DNA from: Amoebophrya sp. A120
Taxonomy: Eukaryota; Protista; Dinoflagellata
Length of the DNA: 64,000 bases
Direction of reading: 5' to 3'
NCBI GenBank assembly: GCA_905178155.1
Contig: CAJINV010000004.1
Span: 7,145,146 to 7,209,145, forward strand
The translations under genes and the position numbers were made by a program. Of the stretch, positions 39,701 through 51,900 are shown in pieces. The first letter of the stretch is position 1, and each line of letters begins with the position of its first letter. Under the pieces are notes generated by a model. It did not search any database, had not been told where the DNA came from, and worked only from the letters and a program-made list of their open reading frames with translations.

Positions 39701-42211
39701 GATCATGACTGGTGGAGATTTTTGCGATTGGGAGGTGGAACCCAGAGCAAATAAACCAAGCGCTGTAGAAGTCACAGACAACCTGGCCTGCTCTTCCTTC
39801 TTTGCTATTGCTCCCCCGCCCGAAGCTGCTGCTGCAGCTTCGCCGGCGGTCTCCGCTGTAAACTTCTGTTCTGCCAGGATCACTTCCGGCTTTGATGGAG
39901 TTGTTCCACCGCTAGAAGATGAAGTAGCTGTTGGTTTTGCAGCAGTCGCGACTGCACCAGCAGCCTTGTATTTCTTCGCCGAAATACCCGCACCTCCGGG
40001 CACCGTCGCTCCAATACTGGGCCGCCGGAGATCCTTCTCCGCTTCGGAAACTAGGGACTCCACCTCGTCGGACGTACTATCGGTCTTGTAGATGTGCAGC
40101 GAATTTTCCTTGTCCACTGCGAAGAGGTAACCTTGGGATTTCAACAGGATTTTCATTTTTTGCAGCTTCCAACCCCAACAGGACCAAAACAAAACTTACT
40201 GTTTGTTAGCACTTAACCTTAAGTACTCAAACTTATACAAGCGCATAAAAATGAACGCAAATTCTTCACGACCGCACAACCGTTCAGCAAATCACTACCG
40301 TCGAGACTCGCGACCGCTCTAGGCGCCGGGACCATCGACAGAAATTTTTTCCCGTCCCTGTGAACCCCGTCCGCTGCCACGGTGAACACGTGCTGCCCCT
40401 CACTGCTCAGGGCGAAGGAAGAACTGCTGCTAGTTGATGTACCTGAACCTGGATTGTTGACGCCTGCGGTGATTTTTTCGTCTGCAGAGGCCGCGTCGCG
40501 TTCTTCCGTCATCTTCGCCGCATAGGGATTTGCACTGGCTTCGAGCTCTTCTGCCGTGTGATCTTGGGTGTTGTACCGGAGTAGCCGGCGGCTCGTCGTG
40601 CTGATTGTTGACGCAGTAGAGACGCTTCTGCTTTTCATGATCTTCTCGCCCTCGTCTTCTAGCATCGTGAGATACAAATACGGGCTCTCCGGCACTTCTC
40701 GGTCGTAGACGTGCAGGCCAGTTTGAACGACCTCACCACCTGACACTTCCTCAGGAGTGGCACTTGAAACCTTCGAGGAAGACGCGGCATCGGCCGAGGA
40801 GGAGGCCTTATTTGCTGCGTCTGGATTTGCAGCTGAGACTGCTTGTCCTTCCGCGACGGCATTTGCGCTAGCTGCATCCGAAGAAGTAGCTCCTCCTGCA
40901 CTACTAGTCACTGATCGACCCGATTCGACCAACCGTATGCCCAGCGGCGTAGTGACGCTTTTTCTCGTCCGTTGAGCGTCTTTCACAATTCTTTGCGCTT
41001 CTGGATCGGCACTGAGACCGGTTAGGACTAAAGGGGAGTCGACGACAGCGTCCTGAGTTTTGAATAATGCACTTTTTTTATCATACGACAAGGGCAACAT
41101 CAGAATCACACTCAGATACAGTTTTAGCAGTTCCAGAATCATGACATGCATAAAGCAAATGATCAACATGATACCAAAACCAATCATACCTCCACTCCCG
41201 CCGCATGGCCCTTTCCCAGATCTGCTTTCGTCATGAAGGAGAATGTGGCGTCTACATCGGTTTTCTGCAGCATTTGGTCAACAAGAACACCCCGATTTTT
41301 GGTTGAAGAACTCGTACTCGTCAAAAATGAGGAACTAGTGCTCGTTGTCGAGACCAACGGGCGGTAGTGCAGCACGTTGTCCTCGGTTAAAGCGACTAGG
41401 TTCTGTCCCGAGATCGCCAAACCAATCACGTTCCCGTTCACCCGAGGGGTCTTCAGATGCGGCAGGGAGTAGCAGGCCGCGGCGGACTATCACACGAAAA
41501 AAGTGTTACAGTTACACATTTGTTGGCAATTCAGCAACACAAATTTCTCTGCATGAGAGAAAAAACTTGCAATGCAAAGATCCTACGGGAAAACACGCAC
41601 GACACAGGGGTCCTATGCATATCCGGCATGACAGAGCTCGTCTGTCTTGCTTGGCCTGCAACACAATGTGTAACTGTAACACTTTTCTCTTGCGATACGG
41701 ACACCTTCTCGTGCAGCGCGCGGTCCAATTCGTTCAAAACCATCGGGGCGGTGGCCATGGCGGCGTGGGCGAAAAAATAAAAAGGGCTTGAAGACGTCGT
41801 TGCAGTTGTTGCAGAGAGGAGCTTGACGACGGTTTTCGCTAGCAAAGATCCTCGCCTGCTTTTTCTCCTTGTTGCTACTGTTCTTCTCATACTGGTCGAC
41901 GTGGGTCTGCTGCTGATCTCGATTTTGATGTTCCCGCGCCGCGGCAAAATTCGCTCTTCTTGTGTTCGCCTCGACGAGGACGGCGTGCCCGAAATTCTTT
42001 CTGAAGAGCTGCTAGTTGAAGATAAGCTAGGAACCGCTGCTGGATGAAACGATATGGGCATGGCAGGAGCTGTCCTAAAGTTCGTTCCTCGGATCTGTTC
42101 CTCTACACCACATTCGTAGAAATTGTAGTGGCGCCGGTCATGGTCGCTTTCGCAGAGCTCCATCGACAGCGGCTCCCGCAAAACCGGTTTTAGCTTTGTT
42201 TTAGTCCTCAT
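36790..42211 (-). CDS. Large multi-exon hypothetical protein, Ser/Ala/Thr-rich linkers
   Basis: Chain of minus-strand ORFs (41531-42211, 41184-41441, 40219-41187, 39290-40192, 37739-38917, 36790-37491) separated by canonical introns and TIR elements. Start may be 41758. Confidence 0.6.
37444..37594. mobile_element. Introner-like TIR element, family B
   Basis: TATCCTGTGCAAGAG...CTTTTGCAAAGCATA, TSD ACCCG. Confidence 0.88.
39076..39327. mobile_element. Introner-like TIR element, family A
   Basis: TACCAAATGCAAAAATGTCTGGG...CCCAGACATATTTGCAATACATA, TSD ACTTG. Confidence 0.88.
41488..41697. mobile_element. Introner-like TIR element, family F
   Basis: TATCACACGAAAAAAGTGTTACAGTTACACATT...AATGTGTAACTGTAACACTTTTCTCTTGCGATA, TSD CGGAC. 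Confidence 0.88.
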
Positions 42212-42319
42212 GCTTCGTCATGATCCGCTCCGCGTCTGTGTCGACCAGAATGCGGGGCGGCGAGGATTGCGATTGGTGTGCTAGCGCCAGCGCGCGGCGA
42301 GAAGAACAAGAAGACTCAT

Positions 42320-45300
42320 CATCATCCAAATCGGGCTACCCTGTGAATCGCCTTCCCGAAAAGCCCACGAAATCCAGTTCCAGACTCCACGTTTTTGCAA
42401 GTAGTCATTAATGCAGGCGGCGGCACCACCACGGTGGCGTCGAGTTATTTCCACTGAAAAATATTGCTTTTGCTTGCACGACCAGCACCATCCAAGTCCA
42501 ACTTCCACTTAGTACTATCGTGGTGAACGCTTGCTCTATGGCGCGTCAGCCATACAGCTTTTCGTTTTGTGGAGGAATCACGCGAATCACAGCTTCAGCT
42601 ACAGCTGAGTGTTGACTTCACAATTTAGAGCGTTACGCTCGACTCTATGCTTTCGCTCTTGCTCAAGAATACCAACATAAGAAGGCACTCATCACTACCC
42701 AATCATGCAGACGGAATGGATATGAGCAAGACTCTGGGGCTACCATTTTCCGTATCCCGCCAGAAACCTGTGCTTGCGAGACCACTGTGGGAGCTACTTG
42801 GACAGGTGGGTAATACAAGAATAATTGACATCAATCCAGAATGGACGGAGGAACACTTCCGTAGGCCTACATGCTTTTTTTTGGCGAGGCAAAACACTGG
42901 CGGCCAATTCTTACGGCTGCGGAAACCGGCACTGCTTAAAAATTCGCAAACAGGTCAACCCTCCTTGCCGGGCTGTGGCAGAGGGAGGGCGCACCCACAC
43001 TCAGGCGCACCCGGGTCAGAGCACCCAACTTCGCCTGGGCACTACCTTGCGGCGTAAACACTAAGGGCGGCCACAAACTCCAGGCCACGCACCAAAGGAA
43101 AGCCGCGGCGCAATGTGCATATCTGAAGCAAGGGCACCCCCCTGCGTGTCCTCCAAACAAAAGCCCCCCCGTGCCGACTGGTTGGCGCGCGCGACTGAAG
43201 GGTAGGCCAATAAATGGGCGCCGGGCGCGCGGGGGAGACCTGCCGGGCGCGCCTGCGTGTCTGTGTTCCCGCCGGGCGGGGGGCCCAAACGACGCCAACC
43301 TGCCGCCAGGGTGTGCAAGGCCGGACCGGCTGGCGCCACGCCAGGGCCGACGGGCCCGGGGAAGGGGCGGCCCCGCCCCCTTTCTTTGTTTGGGGCGCGG
43401 CAGGAGTGCCGGCGCCCGGCCCCCCCGCCAGGGAGGCCGGCCGGCCGCACAGGCGGCGCGGCGCGGCCCGGGCGGGGCCGGCTGCTCGCTCGCTGAGAAC
43501 ACGGGGCGGCCCGGAGAGAGTCGCCGGCCGTTTGGCTTTTCTTCCCTTTGCGCGGGCCCGCCTACTGGGCGGCCCGGCTCCTCCGCTGATGAACGCGCCA
43601 ACCTCCTCTCTTTTCGCCTCTTCCTTCGCCACTGCTCGCGTTCTTTCCCTACTGTAGGCGTAGTTTTCCGCCTAGGCCTAGCCGCGGCGGGGACACTCCT
43701 TGAAGCCGGGCAGCGCAACCGGGCAAAGTAAGGAGGCAGGCCCCATGCCCGCCGGCCGCCATTGCATGCCGCCCCCTGCTTCTTTCATACCTTCCTTCTG
43801 CGTGCTGAAGTGGAACTCCGCAGCGACCTCCTCAAAACTCAACCCTTCCTCCCCTAGCTAGTCGCGCCCGCGATCTTTGTCCGCCCGGAATTTCTGGGGA
43901 ATATACCAAGTCTACGGCACCGCTAGCGCCCGCGGCCGGCGCGCCCAGCCAAGCTTTGCCCGGTCGGCGATGGGGTCGGGGTCCGGTCGGGGGCCGGCGC
44001 CGGCGCAGCCCGATGGGCATGAAATTCACGCTGTTCAAGTTGAACCCGGCAGCGTCATCCGGCTTCCGGTCCTGAGGCCCAAGCTGCGTGCGCCGTCTGG
44101 AAAAGGCCGGGAGCCCAGCCACTTTGGGCCGGGCGGCATCCGGATGGGAATGAAGGCCCCGACCTCCCTTGGGCGCGGCCGAGGTAGGCAGCAAGGCGGG
44201 CGCCGGCGGCCCTTGGTTGTATCCCCTGGCCAGGTCAATGCAAGGAACGGGCAGGCTTTTCCCTGCTGCCATCGATCTTCTCCGCCAGCTTTCTCTGAGT
44301 CACAGCGCGGCCCTGGCGGCGTGGCGCACCCGCTTGGCGCTCGTTCGTGTGCCTTCCCGCGGGTCCTTCGTCTCGTGTCTTTCAGGAGCGCGGGCGGCTA
44401 GGAGTGGTCGCGCCATACAACCAAAGCCCGCGGCGCTAGCTTCGGGCCGGCGCGCCCCGGCTACGGCGAGGGGGGGGGGGGGCGCTTCCCACAACGAGCC
44501 CGCCCGCCCCACCATCCTGCCGGGCCCGGTGGGGGCTACTTCGTTCCGCAGCCCGATAAATCTGACTGCGCGGGTCCGCTGGCTTTCCGCGGCCGGGGGC
44601 CGGCGAGAGGAAGGGGGCCCCGGGGGGCCGGGACCCGCAGAAGCGGCGCGGGCCACCCGGGCCGCGGCCTGGAGCACCCTGCAAATAGGGAACCAAGAAC
44701 CACGGGGGCACGCTTATGATCCAACAACACTGGTAAAACCGTGCACACGTGTCATGGAAGGCATTAGCCAAAGAACAAACATTAATGAACATTGACGGGG
44801 CCTCAGCCTTTACCTTTCAAAGGCCTGTAGGCCAGTAGAAGTGCTTGATGACTGTTTTCGTTGTGTAGCATAAAAACCCAGTGCTTAATGAAATACTGCG
44901 CACGGCGATGGGTGCTTCGTCTTCGTTGGTTCGTCTTTGTTCTTCAGAATCTCGGTTTAGAAACAAAAAACCTAAATCGTACATAGGCGGACAGTGTCTA
45001 CTTCTCACAACTTGCAGCCATTCTGTATTCTCGGAATGAACAGCAACATTCACATTGGCGGTAGTTTTTGTTCTCGGAGAAAAGATGTCTTCATAGCGTA
45101 GCACTTGACTCTTTCGTCCAGCGAGCATTTCAACAACTCTCCGTTCATCGTCGAGCCCACCGATCGTTCTTTCACAGCAAGCGCGCTGAGCACGATCCCT
45201 GCTGCAGCTTCATCCTTGAAACAAGTAGTTGGTGGGCTCCCGCTGTTCACCTCAGGTCGGCGCCGGAGTCGTCACCGGGTCCGGTTTGTAAACAAGAAGA

Positions 45301-47700
45301 CTGATCATCATCCAGATCGGGCTACCCTGGGGATCGCCTTCCCGAAACGCCCAAGAAATCGATATTCCATGTTTCTGCACCTTTCACCATATCGGGGTGA
45401 ACGCTTGCTAAAACATGGCGCGACAGCCATACAGGTTTTGTGGAGGAATCACACGCCTCACAGCTGAATGACCTCACAATTTAGAGCGCTACGCCCGACT
45501 CTATGCTTTCGCTCAGGCTCAAGAATACCAACATGAGAAGGCACTCATCGCTAGCGCTACCCAATCATGCAGACGGAAACGGAATCAGATCAGATCAGAT
45601 CAGATATGGCATGGCATGGGGTGATGTGATGTGAGGGGGGCGGTCCAGAACTTTAAGAGTGCAGCTGGAGCTTTCATGAGCTAAAACTTGACCACGCTTA
45701 CTGTACTAGTAGAGGTTTGGCGTGTCGGAACTTTAAGAGTGCAGCCGACTTTTTCATGAACTAGAGCTCGACCACGCGTACTATTCTAGTAGAGGCGGCT
45801 AACAGTGATGCTTGTACCCCGCCCGCGATACAAATTCCCCGGGCCGTATAGCATGCCTATTGGGTGGGACTGGGAATTTCGGCCAGAATTGGGTGGGGGA
45901 GATAGTTTTTTGTAAATACTCATAAAGAGTAAGTTTACAAATGCTCGCTCGAAAGCGGCGGTAGGGACGTTGTGTAACTAGAAAAAAGCGATAAGGAAAA
46001 AAAGATAAAAAGGCTTTTGCGCTTGCTTTGATATGCAGCAAGATTCTGCCATTATTTTCCGTATCCCGGGAAAGGCCTATGCTTGCGAGACCGATGTGGG
46101 AGGGAGCTACTCGGACCGGTGGGAAGACTGAACACAAGAATGATTGACAAGCAATGGACGGAGGAACACTGCAAAAAGCCTACTTGCGTATTTTTGACGG
46201 AGCCAACCATTAGTGGCCAATTTCGACTGCGAAAACCGGCCATCCGTGCCGGGATCGATGTGGCAGAGGGAAGGCGCACCCGTACGGGCACGCTAAACAC
46301 ACTCACACAGACAAATCCAGGTCAGGGCACGCAACCTCGTGTGGCTCAACGTACATTCGGAATCCCTCCGGGGCCATGCCGCCCCCAAAATATTTTTAAA
46401 CACCCTTGGCGCCCAGTAACCGCACGCCGCCAAAGGCATGCAGGCCGTGGCGCAAGGCGTTTCAGGACGCGCCCGCGTGCTCTTGTATGTAAAAAATAAA
46501 GAAACAGCGGCGCGGCCGAGCGCAAATGCCTCGGGTAATATTGAAGAAAAAGAATGAAACAAAACACGGCCGGGCGGGCCAGGGGCTGTCAGCGTGCTAG
46601 CTTCGTGCCGTCCCCCAGACGCCCCAACTTCGCCCCAGCCCGCAGTTCCTGCGCCACCCGCCCCAAGCCGACAGCGGTGAAGCCGGCCGCGCGTGGCACA
46701 TCGGTAGCGCAGTCGGCCCCGGAGTCTTCCGCGCTGGGCGTGCGTCTCGCTGATGTTGTCTGTCGACGCAGGAGCTGCGCGCGCCCTCCAGGAGGGTCGC
46801 GCCCGTCGTGCCGTTCGCAGGATCTCCGTCGTAATCGCCCCCGCACAGTCGGCCCATCGGTGAAGCCCGGCGCGCGCGGCCGGCGGCAAGGGCCATGGCG
46901 ATAGTTTGCGACATCACTGCCCGGCACCGGGCAGCCCAGCTCCGGAACCACGATAGGTACGCAGGCGCCCCCCCTAGGCTACGTCGTTCCTGCCGTTCAA
47001 ACGCACTCTCTGGGGCGCGGCGAGCGTCCGCGCGCCGGGCGGCACAGGCAAGCGCGCCATACTGCGTGGCGCCGTTGATAGTCTTCGAATGATCTTTACT
47101 TCATGGTGGAGAGTTACAGTTCAAAGCCTTTGAACATCGGCGCAGAGACGTCGTCTCTACGAAGAAATCTGCGGCAGGTACTGAGGCCCTCCATCTCCAT
47201 CAACAAATTAGACTGCAAAAAATAGCGTGGAGAATTTTCATTGTCAATTTGTACGAAAAAACCTTTATCAATAATTGTGCACTGTGACGCCTGGTTGATG
47301 TCCAGCATCAGCTGATTCGTACACGTACTTCTACTTGCGGTTTTGGTTCAGAAACAGAATAAGGATGAGAAAGCCAAAATCCTACATGGAACGTTTACTC
47401 AGCCACTCTGTATTCTCGGAATGATTAGTGTGTCTGGACGAGGTTTATCTTTTTCTTTGCTCTCGTGGAAAAGGTCGCAGGGTCTTTTAGTCACGCATTG
47501 CTTTTTCCACCATCTCCAAAGCCTCCCCATTTCTCGTCGTTCATCTTGCAGCCCACGTAATGTCGCCAGCAGCGAGCCACACTAAGTACGTAATTCCTGG
47601 TGGACGTGGAGCAGCAGTAGGAGGAGCTTCAATTGACTGTAACTGGCGTGCTACTGCTGTTCACCTCAGGTCGGCGCCGGAGTCGTCACCGGGTCCGGCT
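42320..47700. repeat. Degenerate tandem segmental duplication with GC-rich insertions
   Basis: ~42320-43040 is homologous to ~45305-46350, and ~44900-45290 to ~47300-47700 (CTGTTCACCTCAGGTCGGCGCCGGAGTCGTCACCGGGTCCGG in both). Confidence 0.75.
45580..46030 (-). mobile_element. Insertion with compound pentamer tail
   Basis: Absent from the paralogous site at ~42717. Begins (ATCAG)n(ATGGC)n(GTGAT)n and has an internal ~80-bp tandem repeat. Confidence 0.65.
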
Positions 47701-47803
47701 TGTACCACGGCACGTCTGGACAGTTCACTTCCTGTGCCTTATCCAGATTCACGTCAAACCTGATAGATGAAGATTAGGATTTTTACTCGGCGGGGCTAAT
47801 TTT

Positions 47804-48841
47804 TTAGACCAGAAAATCGGTCGAAGTACATGTTTTTTTGCGCATCCCCGTGCAATGGGGGTCACTGGCGGAGAGAAGTTGGGGGGTGCGAAGACGCGAC
47901 CGCGTTCCGGGCTGCTTTACCCCGGAAAAATTGGCCTCCGGCGTTGCGGCGGGGCGGCCGGGGCCGGGAAGGGTCGGCCTGACATGGATAGGAAGGCGAC
48001 GGCACGCAGCCAACACTTCGCCACCCGATCCGCGCGAGGCTCACGGCGGGGATGCACAGCCGACTCGGCGTGCATCCCGGGGCCCCAACTCGAAGCCCGC
48101 CCGGGGCCGGAAAGGCTTTTGCTCTGGCTGCGTCCGGGCGCGCCTTCCCCCATCCGGGGCCCCGGCCGGCGGGTGGACTGCATGCCCTTTGAAAGGCGCG
48201 CACGCCCCCCCCCTTCCGGGGGGGGGAAAAGGGGGGGGGCCGAATTCGCCCAATTCGCTACCCCTTTTGGGGGGGGGGTAAAATGTGCCCGGTTCTGGGC
48301 CATTTTGCCCCCCCCCTGTAGCATCGGGGGAAGGCCATTTTTTGCCCCCCCCTAAAAAGGAAGCAGAATTACGCCAATTCGGCCCCCTTTTTACCCCCCC
48401 CCCCGAAGGGGGGGGCGCGCGCGCCTTCCGGGCCCCCCCTCATTGCCCCCAACTTGGGGGGCGTTGGCTTGGGCCGAAGCCGGGCCAGCCCAAGGGGCGC
48501 GCGCCCTACTGCTTCGGAGGCCGGCCCCTCCTTTACGGCAATCAGGCCCATGCGCGTCCGGCAAAAAACATGGCGGCGGCGCACCGCCCCGACATTGCCA
48601 GGCCCGTGGGAAAGCCGCTTGGCGGGGCGGCGCTTCTCGCTCTGGGCGGGCTTCGAGGCCGGGAGGCCGCCCCGGCTCTCTTTGACAAGCCACAACGCCC
48701 GAGCCGCTGCATGGCGCAGCGAGGTCCTCGGGCCGGGTGTGTTGCGAGGGCATCCCGCCGCCCTCGAATTGAAACGAAATCGGCCCGCCATGCCAGCGGG
48801 TGCGCGAAAAAGTATGTACTTCGACCGATTTTCTGGTCTAA
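47804..48841. mobile_element. 1-kb GC-rich MITE-like TIR element
   Basis: TTAGACCAGAAAATCGGTCGAAGTACAT...ATGTACTTCGACCGATTTTCTGGTCTAA (28 bp perfect, ~45 bp imperfect), TSD ATTTT. Confidence 0.88.
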
Positions 48842-48969
48842 ATTTTGAACTGAATTTGCGGAGAACCACGTGAAAGCGGCACAAATTCGAAATTCATGTT
48901 TTTTCTTCATGCACAAGAATCACAAGAACCATAAGAAGATCAACCAAGAATATTTCATGCGTTTTGTTT

Positions 48970-51900
48970 TCAATACGCGTAAAGGCTCCTTTCCCGGTCA
49001 CTCACCGCGAACAGCGTGAAGTCCTTGAGCGTCCGCCGCGTCGCGACGAGTCCCACAATCCCCTCTATCGGCACCGGAAAAACCGCAATCGGATCGAGCC
49101 CGATGCCGAGGCCCAACCTCTTATCAAATGTCAAAATGTCTGGGTCTGGAAGAATGCAAGTTTGTCATGCTTGTCTGGCATGACTTGGGAATGTGTGTTG
49201 CATAGGCACGAAAAAGCCCTCTTACCTGTCATGAAAAAACGCAGTTTGCCATGCGAAATACGTAAGACATTGCAGCCAAAAAATTTGTCATGCATAACTA
49301 CGTATTGCAGTGCGTCTATCATTCATTTTTAGCATCACAAGTTTCCAGACCCAGACATATTTGCATTTGATACCGCTGTTGCCGCGTCAGCTTCTTTGCC
49401 CAGGAGGGAATAGCGGGGAGAGCGAGCTTCTTGTTTTGGTTGGTTTCGAGAGCTTGGGATCTAGTGGTAGTGGTTTCCGTAGTTCTACTCATCTGACGGC
49501 CCTGCCGTGCCTCTAGTTGCAGTACTTTGGTTGCGCGTCTAGTCGTACCTTCGCGGCCGTGTGCAAGTGATTTACTCGTCTTCTGCGCCAAGGCGATTGC
49601 AGATGAGAGGAGTTTCTTGGAGGATGAAGAGGATGAAGTTCTTTGCCTCTTCTTCCTTTCTACTGTTGCTCTTCTTGTTGTTACTTTACGCGACGTCCTG
49701 CCACTAGTCGTAGCTGCCGCGGTCTGCAAGAAGCTCGTGGTCATGGCGAAGCGGATGCCCTGTGCCGGCACCCGGTAACTGGTGTTGAATTTGTCCTCCA
49801 GCTATCCACAGTAAATTTCCCGTACACGTACAAATGCGGTCTCTGCATGACAAAACTTGGCTCCGGTCCTAGTTTAGCATGACAAGTGTTACACTCCAAA
49901 ATGGTGAAATTTGTGATGCAACTTGTCCATGTACGGGAAATTTGTATTGCATACCAGCAAAAAATTGGTCTCCGTGTCGTTTACAAAGGTCTGCAGGGTT
50001 TTGTAGATGTCGTTTTTCTCCTTCGTTTCCTCCGCCTCGTATACGTAAATCGACGCCGCTTTTTTGCTATGCATTGCAAAAGTATCGCACTCGTACTGTG
50101 ATTGCAATCATGCATGACAAATTTTGTTTCTTAGCCAAACTAGCATTACAAATTCCATTTCTCCTTCTGAAAAACTTTGTAATGCGATTCATACTTCGTA
50201 CGATACTGTTGCAATGCATATTTGCCACTCCCGTCGGGCGACATGTGAACAAACAGGTACCCGTCATTGTACGCCATTGCGGAGATTCGGCGGGCGGGGC
50301 CAGATGTTGAAGATCCCGTAGCTGTACTACTTGCCGGATTCTGTGCTTGTTTCTTTTCCACTAAGCTCTGCAGCTCTATTTGTGACTCCGCGACCGCATC
50401 GGCCACTGACTGGCCGGCACTTTCTTGTCCAGCTCCACTTCGAGCAGAACCCAGCTCACTTTCACTTACCGTCCTCCTTTTCCGCGCCGTCAACGGGATT
50501 TTGATCTTACCGGAGGAGCCAACATCACTGGCTTTACCCAAAACGGCATCGTACGCCTGTCCCGCGGCATCGTACGCCTGTCCCGCGACTTCTACCGTTT
50601 TCTCCGCCGCGATACCAGCGCCAGTGGCCGTTTTGTCGGCCGCGATACTGCCGTATTTGATTGCCTCGTCTTTTGCGAAGTCAGTGTACTCGGCCGTGTA
50701 TTCCATTCCCTTTTCCACGTACGGTTTGGACAATTTCCATCCCGCGTTGACTTCCTTTCCCGTAATGTCCACCGCCTTCCCCGTGATTTTCGCTAAGGGG
50801 TACAAAACCGAGCGAAACGGCTCGGGCAGTCCTTCCGTGGAGTTCTCGATGTCGTTGCCCGGATTGTACGCGGTGAATTCTGGCAGAGTGTAATTCGCCC
50901 GCTCGTTTCCCTCGATCAATCCCTGTCTGCGCCACGGCTCCTGTCCCGGCTCGTACTTCCCCTCGAATTGAAGCTGCTTCTGGTCCTCCGCCTTACCGTT
51001 GTCAGCGTAAGCGTCGCCCCAAAACTCGCTTGTCGGTGTCGTCCACTCGCGAATGGGGGACCCGGAGGTCAACGGGTCCGACTTCTCGTAGGTGGTCAAA
51101 AACTGTCTTTTGGTAAACGGAATGTCAATCGTGGGCGGGGGCTCTGGCGTCGCAGCTGGGTCGGGGGGAGATGTAACGGCGGCGAGAGGCGCGGCGGTGG
51201 TTGCACTTGCAGCAGCAAGGGCAGCTGCCCCCGCGGAGACTGCAGTAGTACCATTTGATGCCCCCGTCGAAGATGCGTTATTTGCTCCTGCTGTTGCGTT
51301 AGAATTCACCTGTTTCATCATCACTTCAGATTCCGAGTCCAATTGTTCCAAAACCATGAAGGGCGGCGCCGCGGTTGTCGTCACCGCGGGTAAGTTCGCC
51401 GTGTTGTTTGCCAAATAACCTAGTAATTGCTGCGTGTAGCTGGGCCCCTGGTTCGACTTGCCCTTCACATCGTATTCGCGCACAACAGGCAAAACATCCG
51501 CGGTTTTCGGCGCAGTCCCGGCGTACACGTGGAGCACTTGGCCGAAAGTGAGCGCGTCGAGGGTGTAGTCGTCGTACCCTCTGCCTGTGTTCAGCGTTGC
51601 GAAATTGTCCACCTTCTTTTGCTTCACGTCGTAGCAGACCAGCTTCGCGCCGTCCTTCACGGACAGCCACACTTGATCAGTGTTATTCACGTATTCGCCA
51701 GGAAGGTCGAGGTCGCTGGGCGTGAGACCCGGCGTGTCGGCCTCGACGCGGACCTGATGAAGTATAATGAACCTTTCTAACAAACACAGTTGGCTTCAAC
51801 ATTCATGTTATCGCTCAGGTTCATGTGCACCAGTTGTATTCTCTGTTCCGCATGACAAAGGCGATTTATCATTTATCCTATACCTTCCCCACCAGGGTTT

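Noticed and set aside
42936-48916. Many Arg/Pro/Gly-rich ORFs in all frames (also ~11 kb and ~14.5 kb)
   Set aside because: Stop-poor GC-rich repeats, with no transposase or RT motifs.
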